A stretch of DNA of 64,000 nt from Squalus acanthias (taxonomy: Eukaryota): positions 18,476,001 through 18,540,000 of the forward strand of contig CM059443.1 in the NCBI GenBank assembly GCA_030390025.1, read 5' to 3'. The number at the start of each line of letters is the position of its first letter. Within the stretch, counting starts at the first letter, position 1. The translations under genes and the position numbers were made by a program. Under the pieces are notes generated by a model, which was not told the DNA's origin, ran no database searches, and saw only the letters and a list, made by a program, of their open reading frames with translations. This document shows, one piece after another, positions 44,101-57,400 of the stretch.

Positions 44101-47100
44101 TCCTAAATATCCTAACCCTTATCCTGAGACTGGGACACCTCGTTCTAGACCCCCCAGCCAGGGAAAAACATCCTCCCTGCATCCAGTCTGTCTAGCCCTG
44201 TCAGAATTTTACATGTTTCAATGAGATCCCCTCTCATTCTTCCAAACTTTAGTAGTGAATACAGGCCTAGTTGACCCAATCTCTCCTCATACTCCGGTAG
44301 ATGTGGTGTATTTCGATTTTCAGAAGGCATTCGATAAGATCCCACACAAGAGGTTGGTGAACAAAATTAGTGCAGATGGAATTGAGGGTAATATACTAGC
44401 ATGGATTGAGAATTGGTTAACAGACAGAAAACAAAGAGTAGGGATAAATGGGTCTTTTTCAGGATGACAGGCTGTGACTAGTGGGGTACCGCAAGGATCG
44501 GTGCTTGGGACCCAGCTATTCACAATCTATATCAATGATTTGGATGAGGGGACTAAATGTAACAATTCCAAATTTGCTGATGATACAAAGCTAGGTGGCA
44601 GTGGCAGTTGTGAAGAGGCTTCAAGGGGATCTCGACAGGCTCAGTGAGTGGGCGAGATCATGGCAGATGGAATATAATGTGGATAAATGTGATGTTATCC
44701 ACTTTGGTAGAAAAAACAGAAAGGCAGAGTATTTCCTAAATGGTGAAAGATTGGGTGTCCTTGTACATGAGTGACTGAAAGTGAATGTGCAGGTGCAACA
44801 AGCCATTCAGAAGGCAAATGGTATGCTGGCCTTCATTACAAGAGGATTTGAGTACAGGAGTAAAGAAGTCTTACTCCAATTATATAGGGCCTTGGTGAGA
44901 CCACACCTGGAGTACTGTGTACAATTTTGGTCTCCTTACCTAAGGAAGGATATACATGCCATAGAGGGAGTGCAACGAAGGTTCACGAGATTGATTCCTG
45001 GGATGGCGGGACTGTCGTATGAGAAGAGATTGAGTAAACTAGGCCTGTATTCTCTTGAATTCAGAAGAATGAGAGGGGATCTCATTGAAGCATACAAAAT
45101 TCTTACAGGGCTTGATAGGGTGGATGCTGGGAGAATGTTTCCCTTGGCTGGGGCGTCTAGAACCAGGGGCCACAGCCTCAGGATAAAGGGTAGGCCATTC
45201 AGGACTGAGATGAGAAGACATTTGTTAACACAGAGGGTGGTGAAGCTTTGGAATTCTCTACCCCAGAGGGCTGTGGAGGCTCAGTCATTGGGTATATTCA
45301 AAACAGAAGTCGATAGATTTCTGACTAGTAAGGGCATCAAGAGGTATGGCGATAGGCCCGGTGAATGAAGTTGAGGCAGAAGATCAGCCATGATCTCATT
45401 GAATGGCGGAGCAGGCTCGATGGGCTGAATAGCCTACTCCTGCTCCTATTTCTTGTGTTCTTATGGTCATACGACAGTCCTGCCATCCCAGGAATCAGTC
45501 TGGTGAACCTTCGCTGCACTCCCTCTATGGCAAGTATATCCTTTCTTAGGTAAGGAGACCAAAACTGCACACAGACCAGTTAGCCTAACATCTGTGGTGG
45601 GTAAAATTTTGGAGTCTATTATTAAGGAGACAGTAACGGAACATTTAGATAAACATAATTTAATAGGACAAAGTCAGCATGGCTTTATGAAGGGGAAGTC
45701 ATGTATGACAAATTTGCTCGAGTTCTTTGAGGACATAACGTACAGGGTGGATAAAGGGGAACCAGTGGATGTAGTGTATTTAGACTTCCAGAAGGCATTC
45801 GACAAGCTGCCACATAAAAGATTATTACTCAAGATAAAAAATCACTGGATTGGGGGTAATATTCTGGCATGGGTGGAGGATTGGTTATCTAACAGGAAGC
45901 AGAGAGTTGGGATAAATGGTTCATTCTCGGACTGGCAACCAGTAGCCAGTGGTGTTCCGCAGGGGTCGGTGCTGGGTCCCCAACTCTTTACAATCTATAT
46001 TAACGATTTGGAGGAGGGGACCGAGTGTAACATATCAAAGTTTGCAGATTATACAAAGATGGGAGGGAAAGTAGAGAGTGAGGAGGACATAAAAAACCTA
46101 CAAGGGGATATAGACAGGCTGGGTGAGTGGGCAGAGATTTGGCAGATGCAATACAATATTGGAAAATGTGAGGTTATGCACTTTGGCAGGAAAAATCAGA
46201 GAGCAAGTTATTATCTTAATGGCGAGAAACTGGAAAGTACTGCAGTACAAAGGGATCTGGGGGTCTTGGTGCAAGAAAATCAAAAAGTTAGTATGCAGGT
46301 GCAGCAGGTGATCAAGAAAGCCAATGGAATGTTGGCTTTTATTGCTAGGGGGATAGAATATAAAAACAGGGAGGTATTGCTGCAGTTGTATAGGGTATTG
46401 GTGAGACCGCACCTGGAGTACTGCATACAGTTTTGGTGTCCATACTTAAGAAAAGACATACTTGCTCTCGAGGCAGTACAAAGAAGGTTCACTCGGTTAA
46501 TTCCGGGGATGAGGGGGTGGACATACTAGGAGAGGTTGAGTAGATTGGGACTCTACTCATTGGAGTTCAGAAGAATGAGAGGCGATCTTATTGAAACATA
46601 TAAGATTGTGAAGGGGCTTGATCGGGTGGACGCGGTGAGGATGTTCCCAATGATGGGTGAAACTAGAACTAGGGGACATAATCTTAGAATAAGGGGCTGC
46701 TCTTTCAAAACTGAGATGAGGAGAAACTTTTTCACTCAGAGGGTAGTGGGTCTGTGGAATTTGCTACCCCAGGAAGCTGTGGAAGCTACTTCATTAAATA
46801 AATTTAAAACAGAAATAGACCGTTTCCTAGAAGTAAAGGGAATTAGGGGTTACGGTGAGCGGGCTGGAAATTGGACGTGAGTTTGAGTTCGGATTGGTCA
46901 AGGCCCTGTGGGTGGCGGAGCGGGCCCAGGGGCCGAGTGGCCTGGTCCTGCTCCTACGTCTTGTGTTCTTTAGAGTTGACGTTGGATCAGATCAGCCATG
47001 ATCTCATTGAATGGCGGAGCAGGCTCAAGGGGCTGATTGGTCTACTCCTGCTCCTATTTCTTATGTTCTTATGTTCTTATGCTCTTACAGTACTCCAGAT

Positions 47101-50100
47101 GTGGTCTCACCAAGGCCCTGTATAACTGTAGTAAGACATCGTTGTTCCTGTACTCAAATCCTCTTGTAATGAAGGCCAACATACCATTTGCCTTCCGAAC
47201 TGCTTGCTGCACCTGCATGTTTGCTTTAAGTGACTGGTGTACAAGGACACCCAAATCCCTCTGTACATCAATATTTCCCAATCTATCACCTTTTAAATAA
47301 TACTCTGCCTTTCTGTTTTTCCTACCGAAGTGGATAACTTCACATTTATCCACGTTGTACTGCATCTGCCATGTATTTGCCAACTCACTCAACTTGTCTA
47401 AATCGCCTTGAAGCCTCTTTGCATCCTCTTCACAACTCAAAATGTTATCTCATGTATTTATTAATCAATATCAAGCCCAAAATAACCTGGTAAACCTATT
47501 AATGAAATATTCAGTAAATCATAACACAATCTTTACCAAATCTGATCTAACCAGAATAAGCTTGCTTAGATTGTCAGTGATGTAATGAATAGGCAAATGT
47601 TTCCTAAGAAACTGAAAAGAAACCATACTCACTGGTTACAGGAGGTGATTCATGGTAATCTGAAAATATAAATGGCGTGTGCTGTCACAGAAATTGATCA
47701 CAACTCATCATTCTGCTCAAATATACAATAATTGATGTCACCCATTGATTGGAACTAATCTGCACAATGTCATATGTCTTGGACAGAGGATATCAATGCG
47801 AATAGTTTGGAATTTTAGACTGCACATGCGGGAGTGAGTCTGATATGGAAAACAATTCAATTATATTGTCAGAAGCTGACTCAATTGATAGCTCCATGCT
47901 CAAAGAAGAGCAGACAGAAAAGTAAATACAGGAACCTCTTACTAGTCTTCCATCTCATTGCTTGCTTCATGGGTAGAGGCAAACACAGTAACTGGAGAGT
48001 CTCTCTTGTGAAAGAAGTTAATCCAAATTCGAAATTTCGCTAAACAGCTCAGAATTGTTTATTTTACACCAGATTGTGTAATTGTGTGAAAATGTATTTG
48101 TTTTCCTTTTATTTTGATTCATCATTAACCCGATTCATAGTTGTTACCTTAGATAATGTTGTTTGTTGCTCAGAGAGGTATAGTGGTAATATATATCTTT
48201 TCAAGGGTGTGTGTTATCAGTAAAAGAAAAGTTGCTCTGTTCATTCTAGGACTCAGTATCCCAGACCAAATAACAGCTAAGCTGATCAATTGCTTCATTG
48301 GATACTTGGCCTTGCAGGTGCAAGTGGTGCTTTGAACTCTGCGTTAGAAATGTTTCTGTATGCTGCCCAAACTGTAGCACATGTAACATACAAAGAGCGA
48401 CACTAAATAATTACTGGATAAGTACCATTGACATAGAGGCTGTAGTTGTCCAATGCATATGGCCCCAAGTTAGAAATGTCCTTGGTCTTGTTTTCAAACA
48501 CATGATACACAAGTACTCTGTCGAGCTCCTCAACGGTAGAATCATTTTGGAATGAACAGATTGCAGTCACTGTGGTGCTGTTACCATTTACGGCACTGCA
48601 GAAAAACCAAAGAAGTTTAATATTAGCAGCAAATAATTTGCCACAACATAGTTTGTTAGGTCACTAAGACAAGAATGATTAAGTCGTTGTTGGCCAAATG
48701 GTCAGCAAAGAAACCCTCGGTGGGATTAATATTTCTCTCCGCGACATTTCTTTGCAGGGAATATTCTTTGGGCATTCTGGATAACTGTGAATTTTACATA
48801 ATGTGCAATACTCTGAAAAATAAGATACAAAATGAAGGAAATTTTAAATATTTAGTATGAATGATAATATTTCTTACCTGAATGTATCTACTTTGCAACT
48901 TGAGAATGTTGCATTTATGCTGCTGTTCTTAAACAGGTCATTGAGCTATAGGGAAATAACAGAGTTAGCTTTAGATAGAGAAGCAAAGGAAATTAAGATC
49001 TAATATATCTCCACCAAACATATGTGTACAACTCTCTCACCTCATTTGCAATCATACTTGTCTGGTTAGAGGAATTGGACTGAATTTCTTGGAATGCTGG
49101 ACTGTTTACAATGAATGTCACATTATAGTCAATAGGGTTTGGTTCCTCGGTTGGAGTCTGTGTTACAGTTACAACTGGTATTGCAGCTGTGGAAAGAGAG
49201 GAAAGCATTTTAGTGCACAGAAAGAACAAGAATGAGAATATAGTGAAAGAAGTATTTCCCACTTCTGAAAGGTTAGACAGCTTAACCAGCGCAATGGGGA
49301 AATCCCAAGGCAAGTTGATTCCAATATTTCATTTTTGTTCAATGGACTCCTGCTCCATGATCTGACCAGGAACATATGTCAATCACTCTTGAAACACTTC
49401 ATTAATCTGAAGCTATCCAACCAGTTTTTGGTTCTTTGACAAATGCAAGCTGTTTTCTTCAAGCAAATAAATATGTTATCTCAGGTATTTATTAATCAAT
49501 ATTAAGCCCCAAATAACCTGGTGAACCTATTAATGAAATATTCAGTAAATCATAACACAGTCTTTACCAAATCTGATCTAACCAGAATAAGCTTGCTTAG
49601 ATTGTCAGTGATGTAATGAATATGCAAACCTTTCCTAAGAAATTGAAAAGAAGCCATACTCACTGGTTACAGGAGGTGATTCATGGTAATCTGAAAATAT
49701 AAAGAGATTGTGCTGTCACAGAAAGTTATCACAAGTCATCATTCTGCTCAAATATACAATAATTGATGTCACCCATTAATTGCAACTAATCTGACCAATG
49801 TCAAATCTCCTAGGACAGAAGGTATCAATGCAAAGAGTTTGGAATTTTAGACTGCACATGCGGGAGTGAGTCTGATATGGAAAACACTTCAATTATATTG
49901 TCAGATGCTGATGTCAATTGATAGCTCCATGCTCGAAGAAGAGCAGACAGATAAGTAAATATAGGAACCTCTTACTAGTCTTCCTTCTCATTGCTTGCTT
50001 CATGGGTAGAGGCAAACTCAGTAACTGGAGAGTCTCTCTTGTGAAAGAAGTTAATACAAATTCAAAATTTGGCTAAACAGCTCAGAATTGTTTTATTTTG

Positions 50101-51437
50101 CTACAGATTGTGTAATTGTGTGAAAATATATTTGTTTTCCTTTTACTTTGCTTCATCATCATCCCGATTCATAGTTTGTTGCATTAGATACACGTTAATG
50201 TTGTTTGCTGCTCAGAGAGGTATAGTGGTAATATATATCTTTTCCAGGTTTTGTGTTATCATTTAAAAAAAAGTTGTGCTGTTCATTCTAGGACTCAGTA
50301 TCCCAGACCAAATAACAGCTGAGCTGATCAATTGCTTCATTGGATACTTGACCTTGCAGGTGCAAGTGGTGCTTTGAACTCTGCATTAGAAATGTTTCTG
50401 TACGCTGCCCAAACTGTAGCATATGTACCATACAAAGAGCTACACTAAACAATTACTGGATAAGTACCATTTACATAGAGGCTGTAGTTGTCCAATGCAT
50501 ATGGCCCCAAGTTAGAAATGTCCTTGGTCTTGTTTTCAAACACATGATACACAAGTACTCTGTCGAGCTCCTCAACGGTAGAATCATTTTGGAATGAACA
50601 GATTGCAGTCACTGTGGTGCTGTTACCATTTACCGCACTGCAGAAAAACAAAAGAAGTTTAATATTAGCAGCAAATAATTTGCCACAACATAATTTGTGA
50701 GGTCACTAAGACAAGAATGATGAAGTCGTTGTTGGTCAAATCCAAGAGTGGCATGAATGGTCAGCAAAGAAACCCTCGGTGGGATTAATATTTCTCTCCG
50801 CGACATTTCTTTGTAACAAATAATCTTTGGGCATTCTGGATAATTGTGAATTTTACATAAAGTGCAATACTCTAACAATGAGACTCAAGCAGAAGGAAGT
50901 TTAAAATTTTTAGTTTGAATGGTAATATTTCTTACCTGAATGTATCTACTTTGCAACTTGAGAATGTTGCATATATGCTGCTGTTCTTAAACAGGTCATT
51001 GAGCTATAGGAAAAAAAAACAACACTGCTTTAGATACAGAAACAAAGGAAATTATGATCTGATACTTCTCCACCAAACATAGTTGTACAACTCTCTCACC
51101 TCATTTGCAATCATGATTGTCTGGTTAAAGGAGTTTGACTGAATCTCATGGAATGTTGGACTCTTTACAATGAATGTCACTTTATAGTCAATAGGTTTTT
51201 TTCCCTTAGTTGGAGCCTCTGTTACAGTTACGTCTGGCATTGTAGCTGTGGAAAGAGAGGTGAATAGTTTCATGCACAGAAAGTACAAAAAATGAGAATG
51301 TTTTGCAAGAGCATTTTCCTGCTCCTGAAATATCAGGCTGCTTAACTCATTGATAACTCATAATGCAAGATGATTCCAGTATTTGGCCATCTGCTTTTGC
51401 AATATTTTCTCTGCTACCAACTGTTCATCTTGATTAT

Positions 51438-51475
<38 letters not shown>

Positions 51476-54400
51476 GATATTTTAACTTCCAACCACATTC
51501 CTAATTAAATCAACAATCCACTCATTGAGTTTTCATCTTTGCAAACAATAAACGGACAATTGAGTGGAAAATTCCTCTGAGCCAAACTCTGAATGGATTT
51601 CATTTCAATACAGCTCAACATTTATTTCTGCGGCCCGAAATAGGGCCGCGGATCTCATTAGCATTACTGAGTGAGCTGCCGACGCCTATTGATCATCCAC
51701 AACCATTTCACCGATTTAAAAAAATTGAATTCCTGCCACTTCCCTCGCCAGCGGCTGCCTGGTGGTAAGTCCTTGGAGGGGTGAAGGAGTGTGGGGTAGA
51801 GAGCAGGTGGGGTTGCCGGCGATCAAGATACTGGATCCACAGCAATGATTTTTTTTATGCACACAAGGAAACAAAACATTACAGATATGTTCAAAAGATA
51901 GCCTATTCATTAACAACCACATACCATTTATATATTACAACACAGACACCTTAGCGGTTATTCTTCCATTTCTTTTATGGACTCCAAGCTGGACGATGTA
52001 ATTTTGCGCAAGTTATAACACTGAAAAGGCAACACCAATCATACTGCAATACAACACATTATACTAGCATGCATGGCCTCTGGGCAGACCTTAGGGGGGA
52101 AACATTTGGTTGGTTAGCGCCTCCGGGGGGCACTAACGGGGCGCTAGCAACTTAGCGCCCGAGGTGTACTTATCGCTGGCCACGCGGGAGACATAGCTGG
52201 CAGGATTTCTGCGAAAAGCTGGGCTCCGCCAGGGACACCCCCACAAGTAGATTCAGTGAGTGGGGCTGGGGGCGGGATGGTGGCTGGTGGAAGAACTGCA
52301 CATGCGATCCACCCTTCCCCTCCCACTGTTGATAGCTCAAGTTGCGAAAAGTAAGGGGCAGAAACCCAACAGAAATGGTTTTGGCCCAATTTCCTTGCCC
52401 TCCACGCTCAGTCCACCAAATTTCCACCCCATTGAAGAGTGCAATTTCTATGCCACAATGTTCAACTCTTAAATAAGGGACTACACTTCAAAAAGTACTT
52501 AATTGGCTGTGAAGTGCTTTGGGTCGTCCTGAGGATGTGCAAGGCCTTCTATCCTTTTGATTAAAGTCTTTTGGATTAAAAACTCTGCTTCTGCACTCAC
52601 CAGCCTACAATTTCCCCTCAATTAAAGTGAACGGCTGTAAAATCGCAGACTGGCAAATATAGCAGCAGAATCTCTACTATCTAAATCACTTTGCATTTTG
52701 TTAACTTACAAATAGTGGAAGGAGTGCGACCTATTTCTGCTGTCGTTATAAGTGCTGCTGTGTGAGTTGAGGATGCTTTAGCTGAAATACCTGAAGTTGG
52801 GGCGCCTGATGTACTTGATGTTGAAGCAGGTGTCACAGGTGAATTAGTTGCATTCATTCCATTAACCGGATTATTAGTTAAAGTAACAATGGGTGGCTCT
52901 GTAATGAAAACTGTAAAGAAAAAATTGTAAGATATTAATGAAAGAATGCAAAAAGCCTTGAAATCTTCAATAATAACTTGTACAAAGTAATTCATTCAAA
53001 TCCAATTAAAAGATGTATTCCAGGTCTAGAACCCAATTTACTTAGAGCCAGTAAACTGCACATTGTCTGTCTGCTATCTATTTATCTATCTATCATCTAT
53101 CAATCCATAAAATCCTCCACTCTATAATTTACAGCTGGTTATTAATAATCTAAACAGAATACAGTTCGGTCACTATTCTGGATAAGCCGTCCAAAATTTT
53201 CTACCACTCATTTTTCTTCCCAATTTATTTCACCTTTTTCTCCTCATTTCCTGGAAGCACTGATGTAAAATGGAAATTGGATGCAGGAATACCAAAAACT
53301 CAATAATGTCTCACCAATAAGTCAGTTCTTCAAATGTGAGTGTCCGAAAGCTATTTGATCCGGAAAGTCAACAAAGCTGAGCTCAATTCTGTGCTTGTTC
53401 AACAGCCACAATTCACAGTATGTAGCAGTGGTCACCAGACAGGAATAAGAAGTAGGAAGGCTGACTCATTTTACACTCATTAAGCAGATGCACCAAGGCC
53501 AATGGTAACATCCATTTGCTGGTCCAGGTGACAGCAACTACCCTTACATGGACCAAGGATCATCCATATTATTCATATATTGAAACATAATCTCTAGCTG
53601 AGATATTGCGGGCTGCTGTCGCTCAAAGCTCCTACTCAAGGTCCATCCCTCACCCCAACACCCAGCCGCATTCAGTTCCAACCCGCCAGCTAGGTCTGCC
53701 TCAAGGCTGCTTGATATTGGACCAGCGAGCTGCAGCGGGGGCATGTTAATGAGGATCTGCTCTCAAAACATACTGGAAACAGACCATTGTCCATTACTAA
53801 TGACTTTAAAGCATGCTGTCAAAGTTCTTTCAGTCCAATTTTAAACTGAGATTGCACTAAATTGCAATGCAACATCTCAATAGACTGAGTCAAAGCATTC
53901 ATGAGAAAAGTTGTATCTATGCATTACATTTCTGTCTTCAAGGGCTGCCTTGCAGATGGCCATGGAGTTATCACATGGTGCATACTAGCCTTCAGATTTG
54001 TGAATCGATCCTCCACTCCATTTGGAGTTGGAGTATTTGTCGAAGATGTTTCCATCACATTTGGTGTTGGAGTATTTGTAGGAGATGTGTCTGTTACTTT
54101 TGGTGTGGGATTATTTGTAGGAGATGTTTCTATCACATTTGGTGTTGGAGTATTTGTAGAAGATATGTCTGATACGTTTGGTGCATATATGTTAGTTCTG
54201 CAGCTCTGCAGCTTATCTGGCATATCTTGCAGGATCCTGTGCATATACTCAAAATCCTTCATGAAGGCCCTTTGTCTCAATCCTTCTATAGACAAGCCCT
54301 GTAAGGGTTCTAGGTCATACCTGTTGCAGCCAAGAAAAGTCTGGGGCTGGCCCTGTGACCAGCTGCCTCTTATTTTATTGCTTACATCGACAACTGCTTC

Positions 54401-57400
54401 TTTTCACAAATCCTGTGTGGTTCTCCTGGTGTTCACTCCAGAAACTTATTGCTATAAATACACTAGTAATCATTTATACCAGCAAAATATTATCTGATGT
54501 TGTTATCTCTCAACAATTTCTGTAGATCTGCATTACTTTCAGCAGAATCATAATGAACTGGGTGGAGAAGATACTTACCATTTTCTGTGGTTTTGGAACT
54601 GACTGCTGCTGTTACACTAGTGGTTGATCCAGACTTAGATGGTTGCCTGGAGATCCCAACAGTTGTGTGCATCATTGTGCTGGTTGAAGCCATTGTTGTA
54701 GTAAAGTTTGATAGCGGAGTAGGAGATCTTTTTGTTGTTTCAAGTGCTGGAATGGACGTAGCAGATGTTTCTGTTAGTGTTGGTTTGGGAGCATTTGTAG
54801 GAGATATGGTTGTTACTGTTGGTGTGGGAGTACTTGTAGGAGATGTGTCTGTTACTGTTGGTGTGGGAGTACTTGTAGGAGATGTGTCTGTTACTGTTGG
54901 TGTGGGAGCATTTGTAGAAGATGTATCTGTTAGTGATGGTGTGGGAGTATTTGTAGGAGATGTGGTTGTTACTGTTGGTGTGGGAGTACTTGTAGGAGAT
55001 GTGGTTGTTACTGTTGGTGTGGGAGTACTTGTAGGAGATGTGTCTGTTACTGTTGGTGTGGGAGTACATGTAGGAGATGTGTCTGTTACTGTTGGTGTGG
55101 GAGCATTTGTAGAAGATGTATCTGTTAGTGATGGTGTGGGAGTACTTGTAGGAGATGTGTCTGTTACTGTTGGTGTGGGAGTACTTGTAGGAGATGTGGT
55201 TGTTACTGTTGGTGTGGGAGTACTTGTAGGAGATGTGTCTGTTAGTGTTGGTTTGGGAGTACTTGTAGAAGATGTATCTGTTAGTGTTGGTTTGGAAGTA
55301 TTTGTAGGAGATATGGTTGTTACTGTTGGTGTGGGAGTACTTGTAGAAGATGTGTCTGTTAGTGTTGGTGTGGGAGTATTTGTAGGAGATGTGTCTTTTA
55401 CTGTTGGTGTGGGAGTATTTGTAGAAGATGTATCTGTTAGTGTTGGTGTGGGAGTATTTGTAGGAGATATGGTTGTTACTGTTGGTGTGGGAGTATTTGT
55501 AGAAGATGTGTCTGTTAGTGTTGGTGTGGGAGTACTTGTAGAAGATGTATCTGTTAGTGTTGGTGTGGGAGTATTTGTAGGAGATATGGTTGTTACTGTT
55601 GGTGTGGGAGTATTTGTAGGAGATGTGTCTGTTAGTGTTGGTGTGGGAGTATTTGTAGGAGATGTGGTTGTTACTGTTGGTGTTGGAGTATTTGTAGGAG
55701 ATGTGTCTGTTAGTGTTGGTGTGGGAGTATTTGTAGGAGATGTGTCTGTTCCTGTTGGTGTGGGAGTACTTGTAGGAGATTTGTCTGTTACTTTTGGTTT
55801 GGGAGTCTTTTTAGGAGATGTGGTTGTTACTGTTGGTTTGAGAGTATTTGTAGGAGATTTGTCTGTTACATCTGGATTGGGAGTTTTTTTACGAGATGTG
55901 TCTTTTCCATGTACTGGTCCATTACATGTAGTAACTTTTCCTCTACGTTTTGTTTCGGGAGTCTTTGTAGGAGATTTGTCTGTTGCTGTTGGTTTGGGAG
56001 CATTTGTAGGAGATGTGGTTGTTACTGTTGGTGTGGAAGTACTTGTAGGAGATGTGTCTGTTAGTGTTGGTGTGGGAGTACTTGTAGGAGATGTGGTTGT
56101 TAGTGTTGGTGTGGGAGTACTTGTAGGAGCTGTGTCTGTTAGTGTTGGTGTGGGAGTACTTGTAAGAGATGTGTATGTTAGTGTTGGTGTGGGAGTACTT
56201 GTAGGAGATGTGGTTGTTAGTGTTGGTGTGGGAGTACTTGTAGGAGATGTGTCTGTTAGTGTTGGTGTGGGAGTACTTGTAGGAGATGTGGTTGTTACTG
56301 TTGGTGTGGGAGTACTTGTAGGAGATGTGTCTGTTAGTGTTGGTGTGGGAGTACTTGTAGGAGATGTGTCTGTTAGTGTTGGTGTGGGAGTACTTGTAGG
56401 AGATGTGGTTGTTACTGTTGGTGTGGGAGTACTTGTAGGAGATGTGTCTGTTAGTGTTGGTGTGGGAGTATTTGTAGGAGATGTGTCTGTTAGTGTTGGT
56501 TTGGGAGTACTTGTAGAAGATATGTCTGTTAGTGTTGGTGTGGGAGTATTTGTAGGAGATGTGGTTGTTACTGTTGGCGTGGGAGTACTTGTAGGAGATG
56601 TGTCTGTTACTGATGGTTTGGCAGTATTTGTAAGAGATGTGTCTGTTACTGTTGGTGTGGGAGTACTTGTAGGAGATGTGTCTGTTACTGATGGTTTGGG
56701 AGTATTCGTAGGAGATGTGGTTGTTACTGTTGGTTTGCGAGTATTTGTAGGAGATGTGTCTGTTACTTTTGGTTTGGGAGTTTTTTTACGAGATGTGTCT
56801 TTTCCATGTACTGGTCCATTACATATAATAACTTTTCCTCTTTGTTTTGTTTCGGGAGTCTTTGTAAGAGATTTGTCTGTTACTGTTGGTGTGGGAGTAT
56901 TTGTAGGAGATGTGGTTGTTACTGTTGGTGTGGGAGTACTTGTAGGAGATGTGTCTGTTAGTGTTGGTTTGGAAGTATTTGTAGGAGATATGGTTGTTAC
57001 TGTTGGTGTGGGAGTACTTGTAGAAGATGTGTCTGTTAGTGTTGGTGTGGGAGTATTTGTAGGAGATATGGTTGTTACTGTTGGTGTGGGAGTACTTGTA
57101 GAAGATGTGTCTGTTAGTGTTGGTGTGGGAGTATTTGTAGGAGATGTGTCTTTTACTGTTGGTGTGGGAGTACTTGTAGGAGATGTGTCTGTTAGTGTTG
57201 GTTTGGCAGTACTTGTAGGAGATATGGTTGTTACTGTTGGCGTGGGAGTACTTGTAGAAGATGTATCTGTTAGTGTTGGTGTGGGAGTATTTGTAGGAGA
57301 TATGGTTGTTACTGTTGGTGTGGGAGTACTTGTAGGAGATGTGTCTGTTAGTGTTGGTGTGGCAGTATTTGTAGGAGATGTGGTTGTTACTGTTGGTGTG

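Larger units (their letters stand above)
43837..47441 (-). mobile_element. Third copy of the split CR1, interrupted twice
   Basis: TSD ATGTTA (43831-43836 and 47442-47447); pieces at 43837-44292, 45467-45574 and 47087-47441. Confidence 0.9.
9700..51290. repeat. Tandem array of 16 ~2.04-kb exon+intron units (class A)
   Basis: Near-identical introns and exons recur at a ~2040-bp period (e.g. exon C at 11922, 13962, 16003, 18042), lengthened only by TE insertions. Confidence 0.95.

Noticed and set aside
45594-46880. Active or domesticated reverse transcriptase gene
   Set aside because: 5'-truncated (no endonuclease), internal stop and catalytic FADD changed to FADY.
10149-50878. Recurrent short ORFs (MQSRYIQ..., MDTWPCRC..., MAKQLRIV..., MQNKTIL...)
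   Set aside because: Intronic, off-frame or antisense readings that recur only because the unit is duplicated; they vary by frameshifts between copies.
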